Below, piece by piece: positions 37,505-50,634 of a stretch of DNA of 64,000 nucleotides. Source of the DNA: Chrysomallon squamiferum (taxonomy: Eukaryota; Animalia; Mollusca); the NCBI GenBank assembly GCA_012295275.1, contig CM022665.1:34038001-34102000 (forward strand), in the 5' to 3' direction. The notes under the pieces were generated by a model, which was given only the letters and a program-made list of their open reading frames with translations, searched no databases and was not told the DNA's origin. The position numbers and the translations under genes were made by a program. Within the stretch, counting starts at the first letter, position 1. Each line of letters starts with the position of its first letter.

Positions 37505-39509
37505 TATCTATACAATAATAATCGGTTTCCAAATAATCTGGAACAGTTCATTATAATGACTGAGGTAAAAACATGCATGTCAATAAGACCACTGAACCAT
37601 ATTTAGCCTTTCGACATACTGGAAATTCGACCAGATATAGATGTATGAAATATAATACATTTACATTAGCCCAATCCATTATCAAAGCTATTACAAGGAA
37701 AATTATAACATTTTACAAATTAAAAGATAAAATTATAGAAAATAAAAATGTATTACAAAAGTTTATTTCACAGTAACATACTACTAATAAAAACTGCCCC
37801 TCTACAAACTGAACATAATTTTCGGGAAGCAGTATTATTTATGATTCATTTTACTGAAAATAATACATTTGTTTTAATTTTAAACGTTTTAAAAATATTT
37901 TTCATAAACAAGAAGTAATATGGCAAGAAATGATAATAATGCAAAAATGAGAAAATATATATATATATACTGATAGCAAAAACAATAGCATCAAACATGA
38001 AAAAGAAGTAAAATATTAATAGTAACAAAAACAAAAAAAAAATAATTATAAATAAATAAAAACAACAAACCCCACTGCTGACTAATATTACTGTTGCTAC
38101 TATTATTATTATTAAAAAAGTAAAAAAGAAAAGAAAAATATCCAAAGTACATATGTTATGGGTAGTTGTATGTGTCTGTACTTACTATTATCATTAAAAA
38201 AGTGAATTTAAAAAAATATATATTCATAAAAATAATAACACTACAACATTAAGTATTTAAAGGTTTTTGGTGTATGTGTGCCTACACATACATATTACAA
38301 AACTCATTCTGAAACTAAATACTAACATCAACATTTCTAATCATTTCTGGGTGTGTCAATCTGAAGGCATGGATTTATTCCTACAACTGTTATCTGATAC
38401 TGTGTTCTTTGTGCGTTGTGATGGAAAGCACAAACACTGGTTGAAATGAGCACAATGGTAATGTAGTCCTAGGTGCTCTGTTTTGATATGAGGAAAAACA
38501 GACAGTGTAATGACTGATGTTGACAATTTGCTTCCAAGTGGCCCTCCTCTGAAAGTGAGATACTCACATAGTTAAGCAACTTGAGATTACAAGTGAGCTA
38601 AGCTGTTCTGGAATTTTGAAAGGATTACCAATCTAAATAGCTTTTTAAATGAGCTTTCAGTACTTCAGTGAAAAAACGTTTGTCAATTTTGACAGATGTA
38701 AAATGTATCACTCAGACTTCAGGATTTTAAAAATTACTTGAAAAGCAAAATAAAATTATCTTTAATCATTTTGTTTTTGTTCCTTTTTTTAAATTATTTT
38801 TATTATTATTATTATATATTTTTTTTTATCTTATTTTTATATTTTTGACTGGTATTTAAATTTTGTTTAAATATCGTAGTTGCTTTTTAAAAACAACATA
38901 TAATTTATTTATAAATCAAATTCTATCTGAATTTCAAACTAGGTAACAACAAAAACAAAATTATGCCTTCTTTAATTTATTTAATTTAAATAAAGGCTAT
39001 AATTTGAAACATAAAATAAAATGTTAAAATTCGTTTTTAATTAAAATGGACAAATCATTAGCAAATATTAATTTTAGAATTAATATTTAATTATATATAG
39101 GTCTATATAGTATATTGACTCTACTGATTTATAGCATTCTAAAATGACCAAACAACTAAACAACTGCATAAATAAATAAATGAAAGTCTAATGAGTTGTA
39201 TTTTCCTATTGGGTATTTGTGAAATAAATACTTATATTATAATGATAATTATAAGAAAGGAACCAGTTACAGAACACAGGTTGGAATGAAAAGGATCAGT
39301 CTTGCTCCTTGTTAAACACTTGTTTTTAAACAGATAACAAAATCTTCATTAAATAATTAATCTCTCATTTTTTAAATAAAGTAAATCAGAAATAAAGCTA
39401 TAAAAACAAAAAATCTGATACTTGAACATTTCTAATAGAACTGATTCTAAAATGGATATGACTCCACAAAATAAAAATAATGACATGAAACAATTGTTTT
39501 TTGTCGTAT

Positions 39510-40720
39510 CTAGATATTTAATGGATATTTAATTATGAGCACATTGTTTAAATAAAAGAACTATTAAAAAAATTAAAAACCGAATGAATCAGATACATCA
39601 AGCAGAAAACCAATGTCTGAAATATATATGTCAAAACAGGTTTTTGTAATGGATAAAAACCCAGACATATCTAATTAATTGCACAGTATTTAATGAGCAA
39701 ATCAGACAATGAGTAACTGTTAAGCTCTTAAAAACACTTTATTATCCATCTTTGAGAGACATTTTGTAAAGAAATCGATGTCAGACATGGATAGGCATAT
39801 AAACACAGCTCCTTGTCAGAACTGGAGAATGACAAAGTACACAAATACTGATTAATTACACAGTATTTAAAAAGAAGATGGCGACAGTTAACAGTGATGT
39901 TCTGAAAATAATCTGACACACAGAGATATAATTATTTTGAAAAGAGAGTAATGAGGGTGAAATTCTATAGTAGTCTGACTGATGGCAGCAAACCTATAAA
40001 ATGTATAATTAATTATATATTATTTTAAAATAAGATAAACAATCCGTAACTACTGAATTCTAAAAAAATAAAATATATTTTGATATATATATATATCGAT
40101 ATTGTTTATAGAAAATAGTATCTGAAATGAATATGGGATCACTTCAATGGGATCTTTAAGAGCATGGCAGAATTTTAAATTAAGTGCAGGTTTATTAAAA
40201 AGTACAGATGGATAGTAACAACTAAATGTTAATAATGTGATACATCAACATATTCTGTCAGGTAAATAGTATCAGAAATTGATACTTTAAAAAACACCTA
40301 AAAAAACAAACAGTTCTTTAGATTAGAAGACTCAGATAGATAACAAAACATGTAATTAATTAAATGTTATTCAAATAAAAGTGAATAGACAAGAAATATC
40401 TATGAAACACTTAACACATAATAATTTGATATATCACAACATTGTCTACTGAGGACAGCATCTGAAAGAGATATGTTAGAGACAACAGATATTTGAATTA
40501 GATGTTTAAATGGATTAAAAATAATGATATATGTAATTAACTGCACAATGTTTAAACAATGTGTAAACTCTTTAGAAAAAAAAATTACTTTTTTGATGCA
40601 CTAAAATATTCTTTAGGCAAAATAGTGTTAGAAAAGAGATTTTTCTTGTGATACCAAGATTTTTTAAATGGATTAAATGGATATATAATTAATTGTACAC
40701 TATTTTTAAAAAGATAGATA
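39510..40720. repeat. Highly diverged ~145-180-bp tandem repeat, about 8 copies
   Basis: Anchor motif (tggata)tataattaattgcacagtatttaaaa recurs near 39525, 39670, 39850, 40005, 40178, 40353, 40530, 40685. Confidence 0.55.
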
Positions 40721-40974
40721 GATAGATAGACAGATAGATAATAATAATAACAATAATAAAAGCTATAGTGTAAAATAATAGTCTGATATATTAATTTAGC
40801 GTTAAGGAGAACAATAATAATGAAAAGGACATGTCAAAGAAAAACAGCTTGTTGTTATCTCACTAGTATTTTTAAATAATTGATAAAACATTTTAAATTT
40901 AATTAGAGAGCTTTTACAAAAAAAGAAAGAAATAACTTATTAAAACTAAAAATCTTTAAATATAATGACAGAGC

Positions 40975-41290
40975 AATAAAATTAAATTTAAAAATAACTT
41001 CTTGTCATTAATTTTATTGTTTCAGATTTACCATTTTTATCTTTTTATAATAAACATTAAAATCTTATAAAATTATCAGTTAAAAAATAATGTCTTCTTG
41101 CCATTACTTTTATGTTTCAGATTTACCTTTTTATACCATTTTAATTTTTTTTACTTATAATAAAAATTAAAATCTTACAAAATTATCAGTTTAAAAAATA
41201 TATCTTTTTGATATTACTTTTATGTTTCAGATATTCTATTTTGTACTATTTTGATTTTTTACTTATAATAAAAATAAAAATCTGAAATAA
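40975..41290. repeat. ~95-110-bp AT-rich tandem repeat, 3 copies
   Basis: tgtttcagat near 41018, 41113, 41223; taataaa(a/c)attaaaatctta(t/c)aaaattatcagtt repeated. Confidence 0.8.
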
Positions 41291-42233
41291 AAAATTAAGT
41301 CTATAATAAAATATAAAGCAAAGATAATTTACCAAAAAATTAACTATGACATAATAATATTTTTTTTTTTTAACAACTTATTTAAGAATCAGGTATTAAT
41401 TTGCATCAACATCTAAATAATGAATATTGTTTTTATTGTATTATGGGTAAATTTTTAGAATATGTATCTATAACAAAACTGTTCAAGAACAAAGATCATG
41501 GTAAAATGTCTAAGTGAGAACAAATTAACACATCCATAAATGTACATAACAAATAATATCTTCTTTACAACTACTACTATAAAAATATTGTAAAGAGGAT
41601 CCTGAGAACTAGTTTTCTTTTTCAGCAAGATAAAACTTTTCACCAAGAGCTGTCACATTTTTAAAATGTTTTAATTTGTAAATAGCATTTGGAGACAGGA
41701 TGCTGTTTTCTGGTATTCTGAACTATCACCATTGTGGATAGCAATGACACTGGTATTGTTTGTCAACACAATGGAAACACATGATGTAAGCTACCATTAA
41801 CATCAATACAAAGAGGAGATTTTATTATCTCATGAAAGTCAATATTTGTTGTTTGGACATGAGCCTTTAAGTTTTACATTTATAAAAATTCATGTCGCGT
41901 CAAATTCATATTGTCGACCAACAGACATATTTTTGGTTTCTCTTTGTGTGTGCACATCTTAGTGCCACATTGTCTGTGAAGTTTTTCAGTTACAGTGCAA
42001 TCACATATTTAACTTCAGGGCTTGAAAAAATGTGAAGGGAAGGAAAAATGTAAATTTACCTATTGATATGCAACAGGTTTATCTGAATTTTATTTCTATT
42101 TACGAGAGTCTGTTTGCAAACATTTTTGTTTCCTTTGCTAGTTTTTTGTATGTTTATATTATTATTTATGTTTGTTTTGCTATAGATTTTTATTATTTAT
42201 TTTTGTTTATTCTTTGTTATTTTTTATATACAT

Positions 42234-42269
<36 letters not shown>

Positions 42270-42739
42270 TTGTTTTTGATCATTGTGGATGCAAATATAT
42301 CCTTATTTTTTCTTCTTTTTTTAATCAGATTTATTTATTTATTATTTATTTATTTATTTATTATTATTATTATTATTAATTTACAAGTGTTGTTGTTATA
42401 GCTGTTGCTGCTGCTGTTATTCTTGGATTATTATTATCATCATTTTTATTTTTACTGTTGATAATATTATTTTAAATGTATTTTTTTAATTCTTATATTC
42501 CTGAAAGTTTTGTTTTTACTTTTATTTTTGGAGCATTTTTTAAAATCTATTTATTTATTTATTATTGTTAATATTATTATTATTATTCTTTTTTTTTTTT
42601 TTTTTTTTTTTGCTTAATTATTTTAATTTATTTATTTTATTAAATGCTTTTAAATTTTTAAAATTTGTTTATTCACTTTTTGTTGGTTATGTTAATTTAA
42701 TTTATTTTAATTGTTTTCAATTATTTATTTATTTATTTA

Positions 42740-42804
42740 TTTTATTTTATTTTATTTTATTTTATTTTATTTTATTTTATTTTATTTTATTTTATTTTAT
42801 TTTA
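42740..42804. repeat. (TTTTA)n pentanucleotide repeat
   Basis: Direct inspection; one of many (AAT)n/(TTTTA)n/poly-T tracts in the window. Confidence 0.9.
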
Positions 42805-45516
42805 AATTGTTTTAAATGTTTTATTAAAATTTATTTTTATTAATTTAATTGTTTATCATTAATATTAATGTATTTTTTTAATTATAATTATTATAGTCAG
42901 TTTTCAGCTACACAATGTTCACAAACATATAAACCAATTCAGAGAAAAAAACATCCAAAAGATTATCAAATAAAATTATTCAAAAACAAAATATAAATAA
43001 AATAAATTGAATATTGTTATTTTATTATTGTTTTAGTTTTTGTTTATTTGTTTATTTAAAATATATTTATTAATTTATTATATATTTAACTATTTATTAA
43101 TATAATATAATATAATATAGCACAAGTTAAGTTAAAAAAGAAGAAAACTGTAAAGTAAAAAAAATAATAATAATAAAAAAAATAAACTGAACTAAACTAA
43201 AATTTAAACTTATGTTATTTACAGTAACAACATTGTTGAACACTACTTCATATTAAATTTTTTTCTGCTAAGCTATATTACATACTATATTTATTTCAGT
43301 TCATTATATATCTATATGTATATAAGTATGTAGATTTACTATTTATATCAAAATTAAATATATAAATATTTTTTAAAATTAAGCAAATAAAACCAAAATA
43401 TGATAATTATTAAAGTAATAACTGTAATGTTATTCAGTGAAATACATTTAGTTGTATTCACTACATTATATTAAATTATGGTATTTATATTACATTATTT
43501 TGCATGACATATTATTTATATTTTTATATTTGTTTGATATTAATGTATTAAATTATGTTGTGTTATGAAACATTACATTATGTTATGTAATACCTTACAT
43601 CATTTTACTCTGTATTACATTGCAGATTACTTATTTTATAAAATATCTTATGTTTCGTTATATAATATTAACATCCTGTCCCATAGAATTATATTTGTAA
43701 AAGTATATAAAGATGTATATTTTTAAATTCAATTGTTTACTGCTTTAACGTAAATCTTTAGAAGTAGATTTCTTTTCCAAAATGAAAAAGCAACAAGAAT
43801 AATAATAATAATACTCTCGATAGATTTAATCATTTTGAAAATAAGTATTTTTTTTGTTCAGTTAGTGGAATGAATATATATTTTTTTTTATTTAAATATT
43901 TTTACCAAAATGAAGAGAAATGACAAGAAAAAAGATAAAATTTTGCCTCATTGTCAAATAGGAATTTTTAAATATGGAAAACAAACTTTGTAACTACCAT
44001 TTATAATAATAATTTTTATCATTTTTTGTAATTTAAAAAACTAACAAATTATGTAATTATCTTGTACATGCAATAATACTTTTAATGTTTTGGGTGGGGG
44101 CTATTTTAAAAACAAAATCATGACATTAAAATCTTGAATTGATAATAATAATTACTATATTCTGATTTCTAGGTAAAAAAAAAAAAAAAAAACACAAAAA
44201 CAATAACAAAACTGATAAATTTCTTTGAAATATTTATGCAAATAATACTATAATTATGTAATTTCATTAAAATGAATTTTTAAAAAGAGGTTTACAATAC
44301 AAATAATAATTATTCTGTTTTATAGATTAACGAAGTCACTGATTAAAATTGTGTTTAAAAAGTCACAAAAGTGATTTTAAAAACATTTTTTATGTGTCAA
44401 AACATTTCCTATTCAACAATGAAAAACCAACTGAATGAAAACAAAACAAAACTAGACCAGACTCAGAAATACAGATATCAGTAAGGCCATTTTTTTTTTT
44501 TTAAAGAAATAAAAAGATCATAAATATTTACCACAAGTCCAAGAGACTCTAGAAGGAAAAAAATACAGTATAATCCCAAAGACACAAACTGAGATTTTAC
44601 CCAGACAAGTTACTTGAGTTAAATGAGAAAAATGTTGGGCTTTAGGCTTAATAAAGTAGGCTTGGTGTTCATCAGACTTGATGGCTAGCAAGGATGAATG
44701 ACTTGTCTCCATGTTGGAGCCAAGCTGATGCAAACAGTGTGAGTGTTCAACACAGACAGGGGCCATTATACCCAGCAATCTACATAAGTTACTGGCTAGG
44801 CAAACAAAAGAATTTCTTTGTGGTCTCGACAGATTTTTATCTCTAGAATATATCGTGGGATATAAATAAAAGATAAAACCTCTGGTAAAAATTAGTTTAA
44901 ATGAATTATTTAATAAATGTCTGTATGTGTATATTTTGTCTTCATTCTTTTCAGAAACAGTAACATTGTGTTATAAATCAAATGTAAATATCATAATAGC
45001 TCAAGGGAGATAACTATGTTCATACATTTGATTTGTTTGAGTTTTGAAATGAATGTGTGGATATTTTATCTCACAGAAATTATTATAATTATGATTATTA
45101 TTGTTGTTATTGATTCTGTTGTTTTTACTAATACTTTTAACTTTATATTTTTTTGTTGTTGTTGTTGTTGTCAGTTTTATTATTGCTGTTGTTGTTCTTA
45201 TTATCCACTTAATTATTTAATTTAACTTATAACCAAGAAACAAAAGCACTGGAAATTATGATCATAAACAAATGTAAAGAATAAAAGGATATTTTCAGTT
45301 TTTATTTTATGTTATTAATGTTTCTTTCTCAGAATCTGAAAAAAATCTTTCTCAATCTTATATTTATAATCAGAAAAATTTATAAATAAATTGTAAAAAA
45401 ACACAAAAACAACCCCCTCAAAACCAACACCATCTATTGAATTTAAAACAAAATATTAAAACTGAATTTATCTGAAAATTGTAGATAAATCTGTAAATAA
45501 AATAACTATTACTTAC

Positions 45517-45731
45517 ACATCACTAGCAGTTGAATATGTTCTCTCAAAGATTGCCTCAACTGACATCCATTTTACAGGCAGTCTGCCACCATGACGGTTG
45601 ATGTAGATTTTGTCATCATAGATGTAACGAGTGAGACCAAAATCTCCAATTTTGAGAGTCTTATTTTCACCAACAAGAACATTTCGAGCAGCAAGATCAC
45701 GATGAACAAAGCCTTTGAGAGACAGAAATTC
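45517..45731 (-). CDS. RTK kinase exon, catalytic and activation loops
   Basis: [72 protein letters not shown]; ttag/gtaagt boundaries, phase 0-2. Confidence 0.97.
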
Positions 45732-46258
45732 CTAAGAAATATAATGTACATTGCCTTTTCAATTATTATTATATAAATTATTAATAAAATAATGAAGATT
45801 TAAAAAAATGTAAATATTGATGTCCATTTTAGGATTATTATCATTATTTCATTCTTGGAACAGTAAAAATTAAAAAAATTTCTAAGCAGAAGAATACATA
45901 GATATTTAGTATTATTTACCAAAAAGTTAATAATAATAGAATAAAACATTTTCTGATTTTCAGTTTTCAAAATGACTAAATACAAATATTCAAAATATTT
46001 TCTAAATTTGTATTTTTTATTTTTCTGAACAAAATCTATAGATAGGTATTTAAAGACTATAAAAAAAAATTAGAAAATATTTAAAGAACCATATTATTGC
46101 ATTGGTAATTGCTATTATAATTAACTATAATGTTATATACATATTTATATCGTAAGACATTATTAATGTGTAAATTAAGATTATACTGTATTAAATATGT
46201 ATATATATATATATACACAATAATATAATATTATAATGTATAAACAACAGATACAAAC

Positions 46259-46345
46259 CATTCCTTTAGCTATTTGTCGGCCAAATGACAACAGATCCAG
46301 GGATGATAACTTCTTTGATTTGTTTAAAGTATCATTGTGTTTATG
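46259..46345 (-). CDS. RTK kinase exon, short insert and helix E
   Basis: HKHNDTLNKSKKLSSLDLLSFGRQIAKGM; cag/gtttgt boundaries, phase 0-0. Confidence 0.93.
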
Positions 46346-46862
46346 CTGCAGTAATAAATTATAATTACAGTATGAATGAAAGATTATTTCTTCTGCAAAT
46401 AGCTATAATATTTTAGGGGTTAATATTATATATTTCCTGAAGAATTAATCTTTTATCTTCATTCACATAATTTCTAAAGTTATTTAAATCAGAATTTATA
46501 AACTCTTGTCTCCACTTAAGAAATAATTTTTATAAATTACAGTCCTTAACATGGTTATCTCCCTTCAACTATCTTTGTCTTAATTTTAAAGATGTGATTT
46601 ACACAGTTATCTTGCATTAACTGCTATTTTTATATTATAATGACCTAAAATAATTACTTCCCTTTAACTGTTGTAAGGAATATTCAAATGATTATTTGAT
46701 TATTCTTATATTTAATCTTCAGAAGAAAACTCCTGTATCTTTCCGTTAGCAGAAATACACCTTTTATACAAACTTCTGTGATAGACAAATAATAATTAGG
46801 TATTAAAAATAGCCAACACCAAACACTGTTAATGAAGGTCTGTTATTAAACGGAACATTAAC

Positions 46863-47056
46863 TTGTTGAAAATCATGCCGAATGTTTCTGAGGTAATGCA
46901 GTAAATCTCCATGTGACAAGTGTTCTACAACAAGACAGATGGGGTCACGCAGTGTACAACATCCCAGCATGCTGACAACATTGATGTGGTAGCCAATCTT
47001 CTTCATTAAGCCTATCTCTTTTAGAAAATCTGTTCTATAGCTGCTGTCACAACCTT
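46863..47056 (-). CDS. RTK kinase exon, helix C to hinge
   Basis: GCDSSYRTDFLKEIGLMKKIGYHINVVSMLGCCTLRDPICLVVEHLSHGDLLHYLRNIRHDFQQ; tttttcag/gttaat boundaries, phase 1-0. Confidence 0.93.
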
Positions 47057-47966
47057 CTGAAAAATAATAAAAAATATAATTATTTATCTCACACACACAC
47101 ACACACACACACACAAATATCTATATAATATTGCACCAAAATAAAATTACCTTTTTTATATTTTTTTATTTATTATTATTATTTTTTAATTTTTTATTAA
47201 TTCACTGAATGTTAATATAATAAAATATAAAAGTAAATTAACATGTCAAAAGACAGAAGTATCATGATAATCTGTAATATAAATCTATAAATCAGTTCTA
47301 CAAATGTTGTAATTCCTAAAGAGTATGTTATTGTAAGAAACATACGTGAGTACATAATAATATAAAATTAAAAATCAAAAGAAATTAATAAAAATTATAT
47401 GTTTTTGCATTTCCTATCCATAAATATTTATAACATATATGACATTTTTACATTTTATACAAATACTTTCAAAACAAGATTATTTTGACTCCCTTAAGTA
47501 ACTACGAGAATGATTCTATTTATATGTTAAAATAATATTATATAATTTGTACATTTTTTATTTACATACTTTTATATTGATATTAATGGATTTAGTATTA
47601 TGTTTAATGTTTTGTAATATTTATTAATAATGGAAATAATTGTGAACATTTTTTTTGAAGGTAGGAATAATTTCTTCTTTTTTGTGTTTGATAATACAGG
47701 ATTCTGGAATTTGAAATGTATTTACAATATCTGTACAATTCTATTTTATTTAATTATTAGTGTTATTATTTTTCTTCTTGTTTTTGTCAATAATACTGTT
47801 GCTGTTGTTCATCTTCTTCTTATTATTATTATTACTGATGTTGTTGTTCTTCTTTTTATTATTACTATTATTGTTGTTCTTTTTCTTCTTCTTCTTCATC
47901 TTCTTCTTCTTCTTCTTCTTTTTATTATTATTATTATTATTGTTGTTGTTGTTGTTGTTGTTATAC

Positions 47967-48187
47967 CTTGCAACAGTTTAATGGCCACAGTAACATAAAT
48001 TCCACAGTGTTCTTTTAAAGTAGGGTAGGACACTCCACGATGCTGTAACATGGCAGATGTTATGTGTCCTTTAACTACTTTGCCAAATGCACCACTTCCT
48101 AACACATGTCCAAATCTCAAACAGCTATGAGGCAATTCCCATCTGTCTTGCACAGGGGATGAAGTGAGCAGCTCTGAAGTGTCTGAT
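47967..48187 (-). CDS. RTK kinase exon, juxtamembrane, Gly-loop and VAIK
   Basis: DRWELPHSCLRFGHVLGSGAFGKVVKG...VTVAIKLLQ; aacag/gtataa boundaries, phase 2-1. Confidence 0.94.
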
Positions 48188-48783
48188 CTGTTACATGTGA
48201 AAAACCCCACAAAAAACCCACAAAACAAATAAATAAGTAAATAAAAAATAAAAGAAAGAAAGAAGGAAGGAAGGAAGGAAACAAATAAAGAAAGAAAATA
48301 ATAATATCAATAATAATAATAGTGTGAAACAATAAATACAAAATATGTATATACAAGTATATCATTAAGATGAAGCTTGATATCTTAATCAAGTTAGTAT
48401 AAATGACAGAAAATGGAACAAAATTAAAGAAAAATTGTTGTAGAGTGTTTGTAGTCTGTTGAATATATTCTTAATATTTTACATTTTGTGGAAATAAAGT
48501 TTTTGTAACAGTTTAGTAACAAATTGCCACTTAAAATCTGTAATTTTATTTTATTTCATTCTTTTTTTTGTTATTATTATTTCAGTTTATTTTATTTTAA
48601 TCTATTTTATTTTATTATAATTCTTTTATTTCTTTTTCTTTTTTTTTACTTAGTTTTATTTACTTTTTTATTTTTTATTTGTTTATTTATTTATTTTATT
48701 TTATTTTAATTCATCTTTGTTTTCAGTCATTTTTCTCAGTTGCATCAATGTTACACAAAAATACAAATATAACATAACTTTAC

Positions 48784-48967
48784 CTGTATTCAAATGGACT
48801 TGGTTGTGTGTAATGTCTGTGCACATCTTCTCTTTGTTGTCTGTCTTCCAGGTATGACAGTTTCTTTCTTCTGTATTTTAACAGGTAAAAAATTACAGGT
48901 GTTGTAATTATGGCTGCTGTACATATTGAGGTAATGATGGAAAATATCTTCATTTTTATATCATATC
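48784..48967 (-). CDS. RTK transmembrane exon
   Basis: YDIKMKIFSIITSICTAAIITTPVIFYLL followed by stop-transfer KYRRKK; cccag/gtaaag boundaries, phase 1-2. Confidence 0.9.
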
Positions 48968-49542
48968 CTGGGTGAAAAATAGAGATTAATAAAAGATACT
49001 TTAATTGATTTGTCGACACTGCTGTTTTCTTCTATTACATGCTCACACATTTAAAGACAATTTGATGTTAAGTTACATTTGGTTCCAAAAATATATCTTG
49101 GTACATACAAACAATACAACAGATGGGGTTTTTTTGTTTTTTTTAAATGGCACACAAAACATAAAAACAATATTTGTACAAAAGGCTACTTAAAGAATGA
49201 TAATCATCTTTATCTGATCATCAAAAACAGCCCAAAACCATTTTTAACTCATGCATTAACTGAGCATTCTGAAGCTGCTCTGCCATAATTACTTGGAAGG
49301 AGCTACTCATCAACCAAACATTTTCTCCAAGTTAGAAAAATGTTTGAAAACCTCTGCAGTATGGTGTATCTCTGAAAGGACAACTGCCTTATCACTTGGA
49401 TAAACAGAGTGTATGTTAAAGTATATGCATATTAAATAATTTATTTTTTTAAAAGTTCACTTTCTTAAAATATTTTGTTTCTGTGTTATAAGCTGTCTGC
49501 TGTAAGGACTTAATTAAACAGGTGATGATATACTTGACATAC

Positions 49543-49581
49543 TGGCTGTTGTTTTGTTCACATTTGTAGACTCTTCTGAAA
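49543..49581 (-). CDS. RTK small stalk exon (39 nt)
   Basis: SEESTNVNKTTA; tttgtttcag/gtatgt boundaries; phase 1-1, so it could be skipped in frame. Confidence 0.65.
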
Positions 49582-49695
49582 CTGAAACAAAAAAAAAGGT
49601 TTTATTTTAGTAATTGATTCTTATTAAATGTGTTGTAGACATTCATTTATGTAGTATGGATACATGTGTATGTTTATATGTGTGTGTATGTGTGT

Positions 49696-49732
<37 letters not shown>

Positions 49733-49771
49733 TGAAATAAATATAAAATATATAAAAAGTTAGGTATGTAC

Positions 49772-49859
49772 TGGTCTGCTCAGGCATTGTAAAAACATGA
49801 ACAACAGCTTCTTCCCAGGCTGATTCTGTTGTGTTGTTTTCTTTGTAAACAGTAACAAC
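49772..49859 (-). CDS. RTK ectodomain exon, end of membrane-proximal FN3-like domain
   Basis: VVTVYKENNTTESAWEEAVVHVFTMPEQT; tttcag/gtacat boundaries, phase 0-1. Confidence 0.8.
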
Positions 49860-50577
49860 CTGAAATAAAAATATTTTATCTACATAAATCAACATTGTTA
49901 AATTGTTAATTAGAAAAATTCAATTATTTTAAATATCTGTAGTTTCTTAAAAAATTTACTAATCTGTTGTTGCTGGTGTTGTCTTTTTTAAAGTTTTTAC
50001 CAGAATAATAATAGAAAAAAGAAAAAAGAAAAAAAAAAAGTCTTTTCCCATTGTTATTACTATTGTTCTTACTGTTGTTTTCATTTTTATTATTATTATT
50101 ATTATTAATCTTAGAGTAAAATAGATAAGAGATAAAGAGAAAAAAAATAACAAAAGCAAAAGAAATGCAGGAGAGAAAGAATGAAAAATGCTGTTTATTT
50201 ATTTATGTACTTAATTATTTATTATTTGTTTTGTATATATATATATATATTATTATTTTTTATTTTATTGATTTGTTTTATTTCATTTATTTGTTAATTT
50301 ATTTATTTTTTATATTATTATTTAATTAATTAATTTATTTAATTTATTTTTTTGTTTTTTGTTTATTTTATCCAAATGATTTTGGCAGTGTTTGTTTTTA
50401 AATTTTATGGTTTGTTGTTTTTATATTTAATCATGTACTTATTTTATATTTGAAGACATGCAGTTATTCATGTAAATAAAATGCATAAGAAATTTAGATA
50501 AGTGTATTGTAAAATTTATGCTTATTGCTGATTTATTTCTTTTCCTTTTCTTTTTCTTCATCTTCTTCAATATTTAC

Positions 50578-50634
50578 CTTGATACCATAATCATGTTTTG
50601 GATGAAGATTTTCAATATCAACTGTAGTGACATT
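50578..50634 (-). CDS. RTK ectodomain exon, FN3 L-x-P-x3-Y motif
   Basis: NVTTVDIENLHPKHDYGIK; tttcag/gtaaat boundaries, phase 0-0. Confidence 0.85.

Noticed and set aside
47630-47998. Many low-complexity hydrophobic ORFs (poly-I/F/L/Y/C) here and throughout the window
   Set aside because: Translations of (AAT)n, (CTT)n, (GTT)n and poly-T microsatellites.
49290-49372. Exon-like block between the stalk and TM exons
   Set aside because: Stop codons in the required phase from either nearby AG.
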